Shown piece after piece: positions 17,781-26,320 of a stretch of 64,000 nt of DNA. The notes beneath the pieces were generated by a model, which saw only the letters and a program-made list of their open reading frames with translations, was not told the DNA's origin and ran no database searches. This DNA is from an uncultured bacterium (GTDB lineage Bacteria; Desulfobacterota; Syntrophorhabdia; Syntrophorhabdales; JANXAF01): assembly GCA_938084905.1 (NCBI GenBank), contig CALKEQ010000004.1, positions 132,269 to 196,268 on the forward strand. Reading direction: 5' to 3'. Position numbers and translations under genes: made by a program. Each line of letters starts with the position of its first letter. Positions within the stretch are counted from its first letter, which is position 1.

Positions 17781-17817
17781 GAAAATAAAAAAGGGGGCTT
17801 TGTAAGCCCCCTTTTTT
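17781..17817 (-). terminator. Rho-independent terminator between the oah-like and dch-like genes (palindromic, flanked by A and T runs)
   Basis: The minus strand reads AAAAAA-GGGGGCTT-ACA-AAGCCCCC-TTTTTTATTTTCC. It begins 10 nt after the oah stop and ends about 10 nt before the dch SD. Confidence 0.6.
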
Positions 17818-17821
17818 ACCC

Positions 17822-18967
17822 TCACTTCTGGGGCTTCGGCATGACTTCTTCCATGAAAGACTCGTCCACAAGCCTTCCCTGAGCTATGAGCTGACGGTAC
17901 CTTATGAAGTCGATTGTGTCCTTTCCAGTTATCTTCCTCGTGTTGAAAGCACCGAATCCTAGGAATGCTTCTCCCATCATGTTTACTGCTAGCCAGTGCC
18001 TATGGTCATGCTTGTTCAGATCCCAGAAGAATCTCTTCTTCTGCCTTATACCATCTATCGACTTCATTAGACATCCAGGGAATAGATTCGCGAAGGTCCA
18101 GCAGATCCTGTCTATTTCCGCATCGATTAGAGAGAAATCAACCTCTCCTTTTTTCTGTTTTTCCTGCACCCACTCTCTCGCCTTTTTGTATTCCTCACCT
18201 GTTTTGAACTCTCCAAAAACGATCTCTCCGTTCTCAATAAACTTGTCCGTAATAACCTGTGGGTTTCTGACCCATTTGCCGTTTTCGTCTTTCAGTACGG
18301 GAAAAGCCTTTGTTATTAGGCCCTTCCACCACATCTTGTAGGCGCTCCACAGTTCACATGAAACGCAGCTCCACGTAGCATCCTCAATGCTCAAATAAGC
18401 AGGGAGAAAATCTGTTGCTCCACCAACAGGTGCTGATCCATGACGGGGTCCAGCCTGTCCGAATACTGCCAGGTCTGAGGCCAAGGTCAGATCGCAGGCT
18501 GTTCCAATCTCCTGTCCTCCCGCGACCCTCATTCCATTTACCCTGCAGATCACGGGTTTTTTACAACCGAGAATGGCATCTACCATGTTGTTGAATAGCT
18601 CCATGTAGGCGCCGTACTCCTCAGGTCTCTTGCTGTAATACTCTGAATACTCCTTCGTATTTCCACCTGTGCAGAATGCGTAGGGTCCGACTCCGGTGAA
18701 AACACATGCCACAACCTCCCTGTCAGTTGAGGCGTTCTCAAAGGCTGCAATTACTCCTTTTACCATCTGGGTTGTGTACGAGTTGTACTGAGCAGGATTG
18801 TTCAGTATTATCCAAGCAACGTAAAGGCCTGGAACCTCTTTTCCGCTTGGATCCCTAAGGGGCCTTTTTTCGTAAATCGTGCAAGGCGCCTCTTTACCCC
18901 ACCAAATATCTGTGTGCCTTGAATGATCCTTTAATTCATGTTCACGGGGCATCCATTCCAAACCCAT
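17822..18967 (-). CDS. oah: 6-oxocyclohex-1-ene-1-carbonyl-CoA hydrolase (ring-cleaving Oah/BamA-like, crotonase superfamily)
   Basis: 381 aa. WIILNNP.QYNSYTT.MVKGVI, CRVNGMRVAGGQEIG, SCVSCE.WSAYKM and KSIDGIRQKK.F.WD match my recollection of Geobacter/Thauera BamA/Oah. The length is the same as the known enzymes. Confidence 0.75.
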   Translation of the reverse strand: MGLEWMPREHELKDHSRHTDIWWGKEAPCTIYEKRPLRDPSGKEVPGLYVAWIILNNPAQYNSYTTQMVKGVIAAFENASTDREVVACVFTGVGPYAFCTGGNTKEYSEYYSKRPEEYGAYMELFNNMVDAILGCKKPVICRVNGMRVAGGQEIGTACDLTLASDLAVFGQAGPRHGSAPVGGATDFLPAYLSIEDATWSCVSCELWSAYKMWWKGLITKAFPVLKDENGKWVRNPQVITDKFIENGEIVFGEFKTGEEYKKAREWVQEKQKKGEVDFSLIDAEIDRICWTFANLFPGCLMKSIDGIRQKKRFFWDLNKHDHRHWLAVNMMGEAFLGFGAFNTRKITGKDTIDFIRYRQLIAQGRLVDESFMEEVMPKPQK

Positions 18968-18979
18968 ACTTACCTCCTT

Positions 18980-20098
18980 TTAAAAATCTGGTTTTAAAAC
19001 AACTCTCTTTTCAGGAGAACCGATTTTGTGAATCTCTTCAAATGTTTGAGCGATACTGCTCATAGGTCTCACCTCAACAAAAGGATCGATCAGGATCCGC
19101 TTGCTTAGAACCATATCGAGGACTACGGGATAATGCTCTGGCAAACATCCCCATGTCCCTATAATTTCCGCATCGAAAGCCATAAGTCTGGAAATCATGT
19201 ACTCGTTTTTCGCAAGCGTAAAACCAACGACTATGAGCTTACTCACGTATGTGATGAGATCGAGTCCCAGATCCTGTCCCTCCTTTGTACCGGAGACCTC
19301 AAAAATCTTCCACCCTATTGTGTCCACACCATTTTCCTTACAGAAATTCCTCCACTCCCCCACCACCGCTTTGTTATCCTTATCGAGCGTGCTGATCACG
19401 TAATCGCATCCGTACTTTAGAGCCCTCTCAAGTTTCTTTGGATTTTTCTCTAACCCAACCACGTATTTCGCACCCAATACCTTAGCAATCTGAACCATGT
19501 AAACACCAATCCCGCCACCTGCTCCAATAACTATCACGTTGTCTCCGGGCCTTAAGTTCGCCCTCATAGCAGCCTGGTAGGGAGTTGTGACAGCATCGGC
19601 AATTACGGCAAGTTGCTCAAGATCGTATCCCTTTCTATCCTTTACCTCACATAAATCAATAGACGGTACGGGAATGTGGCTCGCAAAGCCTCCGTAGATA
19701 CCAAGGGAATTTCCCGGCATTTTCTGATTGAGACACCTATTTCCCCTTCCTATCTTACAAAGATAACACTTCCTGCAAGGCATAACAGCCGGGATTATAA
19801 CCTCCTTTCCGACCCACTGGGGATCCCCTGCAACAACCCTTCCACTTATCTCGTGACCCAAAGTAAGTGGCGGTTTGCTTACGGTTGGTACACCGTCGTA
19901 AAAGTACCCAAGATCGGTATGACAAACTCCACAACCCGCAACCTCAACCAGTACCTCTCCCTCTTTCAGTTCAGGGACAGGAACCTCTCTCAGTTCAAAT
20001 TTTCCTGGGATCGTCTCTTTTTTTTCCTTATCAAACGTGGTTGGCGTAACCATCTGCCACTGTTTTATTACTTTTGGAACTTCACCCATATGTGGCAC
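18980..20098 (-). CDS. had: Zn-dependent alcohol dehydrogenase family, Had-like (6-hydroxycyclohex-1-ene-1-carbonyl-CoA dehydrogenase candidate)
   Basis: 372 aa. It has the CGVCHTDLGYFYDG catalytic Zn motif, a structural-Zn Cys cluster (CRKCYLCKIGRGNRC) and a GAGGIG Rossmann motif. It lies directly upstream of the oah-like gene. Confidence 0.65.
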   Translation of the reverse strand: MPHMGEVPKVIKQWQMVTPTTFDKEKKETIPGKFELREVPVPELKEGEVLVEVAGCGVCHTDLGYFYDGVPTVSKPPLTLGHEISGRVVAGDPQWVGKEVIIPAVMPCRKCYLCKIGRGNRCLNQKMPGNSLGIYGGFASHIPVPSIDLCEVKDRKGYDLEQLAVIADAVTTPYQAAMRANLRPGDNVIVIGAGGGIGVYMVQIAKVLGAKYVVGLEKNPKKLERALKYGCDYVISTLDKDNKAVVGEWRNFCKENGVDTIGWKIFEVSGTKEGQDLGLDLITYVSKLIVVGFTLAKNEYMISRLMAFDAEIIGTWGCLPEHYPVVLDMVLSKRILIDPFVEVRPMSSIAQTFEEIHKIGSPEKRVVLKPDF

Positions 20099-20144
20099 CT
20101 CCTTTTTGTTTTAAAAAGCATCCCCCCTCCAGGATCCACAATTT

Positions 20145-20897
20145 TTAAGTTAGTCCGTAACCTCCATCAACGCAAAGAACCTGACCGGTTATGTATCTTG
20201 AGTCATCTGAAGCAAAAAAGACAAATGCAGGAGCTACTTCTTCCGGTTCCGCATATCTGCCGAGAAGTATCCTTCTCATGTAGATCTCCTTGAGTTTCTC
20301 ATCCTTCGTTATCTTCTCCGTCATATCAGTTGTTACGATCCCTAGACATATACAGTTGGCAGTCACATTGTACTTTGCAAGTTCCCTCGCCATAGATTTC
20401 GTCATTGCCACGACGCCGCCTTTTGCAGCGCTGTAGTTGATCTGTCCAATTGTCCCTACAATACCAGCCACAGAGGTCACATTTATTATTCTTCCGTAGT
20501 TCTGCTCCATAAAGTACTTGGAAGCTGCCTTAACCATGAGCCATGGACCGCGCATGTGAACATTTACGACCTCATCCCAGGCTTCAACTTCCATCTTGTG
20601 CAGAAGGGCTGGCCTTGTAATACCCGCATTATTGACGAGAATGTGCACTGTCCCGTACGCCTCAACACATGTCTCCACAATCCTTTTTGCATCTTCCTCT
20701 TGCGCCACATCTCCCTTAACTTTTAGAGCTCGTCCACCCATCCCTTTTATCATCTCTACCACTTCGTCTGCAGCCTTCTCGTTACCGGCGTAATTTACCA
20801 CAACATTTGCTCCCTCTTTCGCAAAGGCCAGGCAGACAGCTCTTCCCACTCCCCTTCCTCCACCAGTTACTATGGCATTTTTGTCTTTGAGTTTCAT
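20145..20897 (-). CDS. Short-chain dehydrogenase/reductase (FabG-like 3-oxoacyl/3-hydroxyacyl reductase)
   Basis: TGGGRGVG cofactor motif, NNAG, and the S...YSAAK catalytic triad. Confidence 0.85.
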   Translation of the reverse strand: MKLKDKNAIVTGGGRGVGRAVCLAFAKEGANVVVNYAGNEKAADEVVEMIKGMGGRALKVKGDVAQEEDAKRIVETCVEAYGTVHILVNNAGITRPALLHKMEVEAWDEVVNVHMRGPWLMVKAASKYFMEQNYGRIINVTSVAGIVGTIGQINYSAAKGGVVAMTKSMARELAKYNVTANCICLGIVTTDMTEKITKDEKLKEIYMRRILLGRYAEPEEVAPAFVFFASDDSRYITGQVLCVDGGYGLT

Positions 20898-20939
20898 GGC
20901 CGACTCCGGACTTTGTGAAAAATTTTATTTGTCCCTATA

Positions 20940-20969
20940 AATTTAGAGGAATTTTTAAGGAAGTGTCAA
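20940..20969 (-). promoter_or_regulatory. Candidate promoter for the SDR-had-oah transcription unit
   Basis: The minus strand reads TTGACA (20969-20964), an 18-nt spacer, then TAAATT (20945-20940). Confidence 0.35.
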
Positions 20970-20993
20970 GGAAAAAGGGTGAGAAACTTTGTC

Positions 20994-21021
20994 TTGATTA
21001 TCCCTCTCTAATTGCTATAAT
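20994..21021 (+). promoter_or_regulatory. Candidate promoter for ruvX-mltG
   Basis: TTGATT (20994-20999), a 16-nt spacer, then TATAAT (21016-21021). The -10 element ends only 8 nt before the ruvX GTG. Confidence 0.45.
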
Positions 21022-21029
21022 AGAAGGAT

Positions 21030-21446
21030 GTGCGAATAATTTCTCTCGATGTGGGAGAAAAAAGGATAGGTTTTGCCATATCAGATAGCAAAGGTTCCAT
21101 AGCTCTTGGGCTTAAAGTATACGAGAGGAGAACCCTTCAGGCTGATATAGAAGAAATAAAGAAGGTTGTGGACGAATACGGTGTGGAGGAAATCGTAATA
21201 GGAATACCAAAGGACATGAAGGGAAAAATCGGAAAGAATGGAAAGAAAGTGGAAGAATTCGCCGAAGAGGTTAAAAAAAGACTGGCGAAAAAAGTCGTTT
21301 TGTGGGATGAGAGATTTACCACAAACGAGGCTCACAGAATAATGGACCTAAAAGGTATAAGCCAGAGGAAGAGAAAGAGATTCATGGATATAATGGCGGC
21401 CCAGATCATTCTTCAGGGGTATCTGGATGCGAGAAAGGCAAAGTAA
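21030..21446 (+). CDS. ruvX: Putative pre-16S rRNA nuclease / Holliday junction resolvase-like YqgF
   Basis: 138 aa. RIISLDVGEKRIGFAISD is the N-terminal RNase H-like motif. GTG start. Confidence 0.85.
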   Translation: MRIISLDVGEKRIGFAISDSKGSIALGLKVYERRTLQADIEEIKKVVDEYGVEEIVIGIPKDMKGKIGKNGKKVEEFAEEVKKRLAKKVVLWDERFTTNEAHRIMDLKGISQRKRKRFMDIMAAQIILQGYLDARKAK

Positions 21447-22425
21447 AGGGATCGCCCTCTCTCTTCTAGCACTTTCTTTTTTCCTCCTCTTTTTGGTGCT
21501 TATCAATCTCCCCTTCGAGATAAACGGAAAAGAAACCGTAACTGTCAGGATAAAAAGAGGAATGGGGATTCTTGAGATCGCACAAACTTTAAAAGAGAAG
21601 GAGCTGATAAATTCGGAAATCCTTTTCGCATTAAGTTCTTTCCTTTTTGGAAGGCGTCTTATAGCAGGCGAGTACGAACTGAGAAGGGACTTGTCCATAA
21701 TGGACATTGTGATGAAGATGAAAAGAGGGGAAAGAAAGATTTACCTTGTTAGGATCGTTGAGGGTAGTAACCTATCCGATGTCTCAAATATGCTGGAGAA
21801 AAACCTTGGAATAAAGAAGGAAGATTTCCTCAAGCTTGCAAGGGATAAAACCCTTCTCCAGAGATTCCATATCCCCTCATCCTCTATCGAAGGCTATCTT
21901 TTCCCAGATACCTATTTTTACAGCAATGAGATAGAGCTTGCAGAACTCGTCGAAAAGATAGTAGAAAGAACGTTTAAATTTTTTGAAAGGCAAGATTTGA
22001 AGGAGAAAATGGCGTCTTTCGGCCTCAACATTCACACCACCTTAACACTTGCCTCCCTTATTGAAAAAGAAGCAAAACTCGAAGAAGAGAAGCCTTTGAT
22101 CTCTGCCGTCTTTCATAACAGACTAAGACTTGGCATGAAACTCGACTGCGATCCTACCGTACTTTACGGAACAGGTAGGAAAGGGCCAATAACGAAAGAA
22201 GACTTAAGAAGAAAGACCGAATATAACACTTACACCTTCAAGGGCCTTCCACCTGGTCCAATATGTAATCCTGGGATAAGTTCTATAAAGGCTGCACTGG
22301 AGCCATCCAATGCGGAATATCTTTACTTTGTTTCCAAAAACGATGGAAGCCATGTGTTCTCAAAGGATTTAGGAGAACACACAAGATACGTTAAAATCTA
22401 TCAGAGAAGAAAAGGTACAAATTGA
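21427..22425 (+). CDS. mltG: Endolytic murein transglycosylase MltG (YceG family)
   Basis: N-terminal TM segment and a YceG domain (EGYLFPDTY, ASLIEKEA, DPTV.YG, YNTY...GLPPGPI.NPG). Confidence 0.85.
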   Translation: MRERQSKGIALSLLALSFFLLFLVLINLPFEINGKETVTVRIKRGMGILEIAQTLKEKELINSEILFALSSFLFGRRLIAGEYELRRDLSIMDIVMKMKRGERKIYLVRIVEGSNLSDVSNMLEKNLGIKKEDFLKLARDKTLLQRFHIPSSSIEGYLFPDTYFYSNEIELAELVEKIVERTFKFFERQDLKEKMASFGLNIHTTLTLASLIEKEAKLEEEKPLISAVFHNRLRLGMKLDCDPTVLYGTGRKGPITKEDLRRKTEYNTYTFKGLPPGPICNPGISSIKAALEPSNAEYLYFVSKNDGSHVFSKDLGEHTRYVKIYQRRKGTN

Positions 22426-22436
22426 AGGAGGTTTCC

Positions 22437-23618
22437 ATGCCAAAGGATGTAGCTGTAATCGGAGTCGGTCAAAGTTATTTTGTGAGAGGCTATGAGGGTT
22501 CGATAAGGGAACTGGCTTTCGAGGCTTACAGAGAAGCTGCGCAGGATGCTGGAATTACATCGAAAGATGTGGATGCGTCGATCATATGTTCTGCACCAGA
22601 GTATGATAAGCAGAGGTCTCCCGCTGGGGTGATAGCGGAGTATCTAGGACTTATACCTCAGCCCACAATGTACGTAGAGACTGTCTGTTCATCAAGTACC
22701 ACAGGGGTAAGAATCGCGTATGGCCTAATTAAATCTGGACTTCACGACATCGTTGCAGTAATAGGATTCCAGAAGATGTCAGAAATCACCTCCGCCGAAT
22801 CCCAAGAGAGGATGGGCAGGGGAGCTGATATTCAGTGGGAGTCTCCCTTCGGTACGATGATGCCAGCCTATTATGCTTTGTACGCACAGGCTTATATGGC
22901 AAAGAATGGACTTACCCTCGACGATCTTATGCAGGTAAGGATCAAATCTGCAACTTATGGCCAGATAAACGAAAGGGCTGTCTATAGGAGGCCTGTGACA
23001 CCTGAAGATTTTGACCCTAATAACCCAAACGCAAAACTAGCTCAGATTGTCTCATGGCCCTTGAGGGTCGGGGATGCGTGCGCAAACGCAGATGGTAGTT
23101 CCTGCGTCATCTTGGCAAGCGCCGAAAAGGCGAAGGCCATTTCAAAGAAACCTGTGTGGATCCTTGGGATTGGGGCTGCTTCAGAGTCTGTGAACATGGC
23201 ATCCCGTCCAGATTTCTCCAAAGGACTCAGGGTCGCCTACATAGCCGCCCAAAAGGCTTACAAGATGGCTGGAATAACTCCAAAGGACGTGAAGGTGGCG
23301 GAGGTTCACGACTGTTTCACAATTGCGGAAATAATGGCTTATGAGGCACTCGGATTTGCCCCTCCCGGTGAAGGGAAACAGCTCATAAGGGAAAGGGCAA
23401 CCTATAAAGAAGGCCCAATTCCTGTAAATGTGGATGGCGGATTACTATCGAAAGGGCACCCGATAGGGGCAACAGGCGGGTCGCAAATTAGGACCATTGT
23501 TCTCCAGTTAAGGGGAGAAGCTGGTGCAATGCAAGTTCCTGGAGAACCTGATATAGGACTTGTTCACAACATTGGCGGTGTTGGTCTTTACGGAAACGTA
23601 ATCATATTCGGGAGGTAG
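22437..23618 (+). CDS. Thiolase-domain protein (SCP-x/archaeal-type acetyl-CoA C-acyltransferase)
   Basis: The start at ATG 22437 follows GAAGGAGG; the track's TTG 22422 start overlaps mltG. It has the active-site Cys region VETVCSSST and the C-terminal motifs EVHDCFT and NVDGGLLSKGHPIGATG. Confidence 0.8.
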   Translation: MPKDVAVIGVGQSYFVRGYEGSIRELAFEAYREAAQDAGITSKDVDASIICSAPEYDKQRSPAGVIAEYLGLIPQPTMYVETVCSSSTTGVRIAYGLIKSGLHDIVAVIGFQKMSEITSAESQERMGRGADIQWESPFGTMMPAYYALYAQAYMAKNGLTLDDLMQVRIKSATYGQINERAVYRRPVTPEDFDPNNPNAKLAQIVSWPLRVGDACANADGSSCVILASAEKAKAISKKPVWILGIGAASESVNMASRPDFSKGLRVAYIAAQKAYKMAGITPKDVKVAEVHDCFTIAEIMAYEALGFAPPGEGKQLIRERATYKEGPIPVNVDGGLLSKGHPIGATGGSQIRTIVLQLRGEAGAMQVPGEPDIGLVHNIGGVGLYGNVIIFGR

Positions 23619-23620
23619 GT

Positions 23621-24034
23621 ATGGGATTTGAAAAGTTTGGGAGAAAGAGCTTCACAAGTGCAACAAAAATAGCTAAATTCGTTGACTTTCTCAATGAGGG
23701 AAAGATAATGGGGACACTGTGTAAAAAATGCGGAGCAAGGTACTTCCCTCCAAGGGCTGACTGTGCGAACTGTTTTTCCTCTGATATGGACTGGTTTGAG
23801 ATGCCAAAAAAGGGGAAGCTAGAGACCTTCACAGTGGCCTATTATGCACCCTATGGTTTTGAAATGGATTGCCCTTATGGAATGGGCGTTGTGGACTACG
23901 GTAACAATCTAAAACTTTTTGCAAGGATCTCAAAAGGTTTAAAACTGGAGGAGTTGAAAAACGACATGGAGGTAACAGTAAAACCGGTTCGGTATGAGGA
24001 TGGACAGATAGCCTTCGAGATAACAAAGGAGTAA
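23621..24034 (+). CDS. DUF35 OB-fold/zinc-ribbon protein (thiolase partner subunit)
   Basis: 137 aa. It has the rubredoxin-like CKKCGARYFPPRADCANC followed by an OB-fold region. It lies 2 nt after the thiolase stop. Confidence 0.8.
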   Translation: MGFEKFGRKSFTSATKIAKFVDFLNEGKIMGTLCKKCGARYFPPRADCANCFSSDMDWFEMPKKGKLETFTVAYYAPYGFEMDCPYGMGVVDYGNNLKLFARISKGLKLEELKNDMEVTVKPVRYEDGQIAFEITKE

Positions 24035-24077
24035 AGGCGGGCCTAAGCCGAGCCCGTCTATGACTTTTTAACCTAAA

Positions 24078-24995
24078 ATGAGAAAGGCTCTTACATTCCT
24101 TTTTCTCCTTTTCTTTCCATCTCTTCTTTTCGCTTACTCCGATTTCGTTACTGCCCGGTCTTACATACTTTTGGAGAAGAACTCTTTAGAAATAGTCGAG
24201 GGAAAAGATATCGATAAAAGACTTGCCCCTGCAAGCACAACCAAAGTTGTCACAGCTCTCATAGCACTAGAGAAATTAAAGGCTGATGAGCTCATAAAGG
24301 TTCCAAGTGGTGTACTTTCCATCCCTCCCTCAAAGATGGGGCTTAAACCTGGAAAAAAGTACAGAGCTATCGATCTCATAAAAGGTTTGCTGGTTAAGTC
24401 TGCAAACGATGCGGCTTACGCGATCGCATGTCACATCTCTGGTACTGAGGAAAGTTTTGCTCGTCTTATGAACCAGACAGCGAGAAGAATCGGTGCCTAT
24501 CAAACGAACTTCGTAAATGCTTCAGGCCTCTTCCATCCTGAACAGTACACAACGTGCAGGGATCTGGCCCTGATCTTTAGCTACGCACTCGACTCGCCTG
24601 GATTTAGGGAGATCCTTTCAACCAGATACTTTGATTTTCATGATGGATTAAAAAAGGTGAGATTTCAGAACCATGACCGCTTTCTTTTCTGTTTCGAGCC
24701 TGCAATAGGGGGGAAAACGGGTTTTACAAAAGCTTCAAGACACAGTTACGTGGGAGCTTTTGAAAAAAATGGAAGGATATACATACTTTCCATTTTAGGT
24801 AGTGAGGATCTCTGGGGTGACGCCTTACTAATACTTAGAAACCTTTTCGATAGGCTTCCAGGAGAAAAAGAGATAGCGAATGCGCGAGCAAGGGACACTG
24901 TTTTAGCCTCTTACAAAAAGAAGAAAGAAACATTAAATAAGCCTCGTAAAAAAAAGAGCTATCGCGTAAAGATCGGAAAGAATTTTGCAAGATGA
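24078..24995 (+). CDS. D-alanyl-D-alanine carboxypeptidase (S11 penicillin-binding protein)
   Basis: Signal peptide plus SxxK (ASTTK), SxN (SAND) and KTG (KTGFT) motifs. Confidence 0.8.
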   Translation: MRKALTFLFLLFFPSLLFAYSDFVTARSYILLEKNSLEIVEGKDIDKRLAPASTTKVVTALIALEKLKADELIKVPSGVLSIPPSKMGLKPGKKYRAIDLIKGLLVKSANDAAYAIACHISGTEESFARLMNQTARRIGAYQTNFVNASGLFHPEQYTTCRDLALIFSYALDSPGFREILSTRYFDFHDGLKKVRFQNHDRFLFCFEPAIGGKTGFTKASRHSYVGAFEKNGRIYILSILGSEDLWGDALLILRNLFDRLPGEKEIANARARDTVLASYKKKKETLNKPRKKKSYRVKIGKNFAR

Positions 24996-26320
24996 GAAGA
25001 GGATTTTTCCCCACCCTTCTTTTTCTATCTCTCTTTTACCCTCTGACCCTCAGTTACTCAGCAATGACCTTAAAGGAGGAAGAAAGGTATGGGCGTGAAA
25101 TCCACAGAGAAATAGTAAAAGGGGCTAAGTTGAATACGGACTTTTTTATAGGGTTCTACGCTGAGCAAATAAAGAGAAGGCTTGAGGATGCGAGCAGGTC
25201 TCCCTATCCACTAAAACTGACTGTGATTGAATCGAAATCAGCAGATGCATTTGCCACTCTTGGCGGCTACATATACTTAACAACGGCACTTATTGCACTT
25301 TGCGAAAATGAAAGTGAGCTGGCAGGAGTTATAGCACATGAAATAGCCCACGTTAAAAAGAGACACGTTTCAAAAAAAATTGAAAGGGAGAAGCACTTAA
25401 ACATTGGAAGAATGGCAACGCTAATTCTCGGTTCACTTGTTGGAGACCCAAAAGCAAAAGAGGCAATAATTGTTTCCGGAATGGGCGCACTTCAGTCTTT
25501 AGCCCTTACATATTCAAGAGAGGATGAGCAAGAGGCAGACCTAATTGGAAGTACAATTCTCGAAGAAGCTGGATTTCGTTGCACGGGAATTTCAAGTTTC
25601 CTGAAAAGGTTGCGCTTGGGAAGGAGGGATTCAGAGCTGCCACAGTATCTACTTACTCACCCATACCACGAAGAACGTATATCCAGGCTTGAATCAATAT
25701 GTAGGAGGAACGAAGGAAAAGAAAAAGGGGATGAGCTATTTCCTTACATCGCAAGAAGGGCTTTTATCGTGAGCTACCCGTCAAAGGTGGATTTACTTAA
25801 CACCTATCGGAAAAAATACGAGGATAAAAAAGAGGATCCCATTCTCCTTTACTCTCTAGCTTTACTCAGCACTCTCGTAGGAAAGAAGGATGAGGCACTT
25901 ACGCTAATAAATGAGGGAAAGGGGAGAATGAATAAGCTTTTCTTAGCAGAACTACTCTACCTCAATCAGAGATACAAGGAAGCAATAGATTTACTAAACG
26001 GGGAAGATTCTCCATACGCTAACTACATTCTTGCTAGGACCTTTGAAGAAATTGGAGAACTAAAACGGGCTGTGGAGTACTACGGAAAAATCCTCAAATA
26101 TGGAGATTCATTTCCTGAGATATTCCTTAAGGCTGGAATGGTATACGGAAGATTGGGAGAAGAGGCACGAGGTTTTGAGTACCTTGGAAGGTACTATCTT
26201 TCCCTTGGACAGGAAGTGGAAGCAAGATCTTATTTTGAAAAGGCGGTCTCAAAATACGGCCCAAATTCGGAAGAGGCAAAAGAGCTTATAAAGATACTAA
26301 AGACTATCGGAAGAAGGTAA
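24992..26320 (+). CDS. M48 family Zn-metalloprotease with C-terminal TPR repeats (BepA-like)
   Basis: Signal peptide, HEIAHV (HExxH) motif, a downstream EQEAD, and TPR-like repeats in the C-terminal half. Confidence 0.8.
   Translation: MRRGFFPTLLFLSLFYPLTLSYSAMTLKEEERYGREIHREIVKGAKLNTDFFIGFYAEQIKRRLEDASRSPYPLKLTVIESKSADAFATLGGYIYLTTALIALCENESELAGVIAHEIAHVKKRHVSKKIEREKHLNIGRMATLILGSLVGDPKAKEAIIVSGMGALQSLALTYSREDEQEADLIGSTILEEAGFRCTGISSFLKRLRLGRRDSELPQYLLTHPYHEERISRLESICRRNEGKEKGDELFPYIARRAFIVSYPSKVDLLNTYRKKYEDKKEDPILLYSLALLSTLVGKKDEALTLINEGKGRMNKLFLAELLYLNQRYKEAIDLLNGEDSPYANYILARTFEEIGELKRAVEYYGKILKYGDSFPEIFLKAGMVYGRLGEEARGFEYLGRYYLSLGQEVEARSYFEKAVSKYGPNSEEAKELIKILKTIGRR

Noticed and set aside
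24035-24077. A GGCGGGC...GCCCGTC hairpin after the DUF35 gene as a terminator.
   Set aside because: The stem is only 7 bp and includes a wobble pair, and the T-run is separated from the stem (TATGACTTTTT). It is too weak to call.
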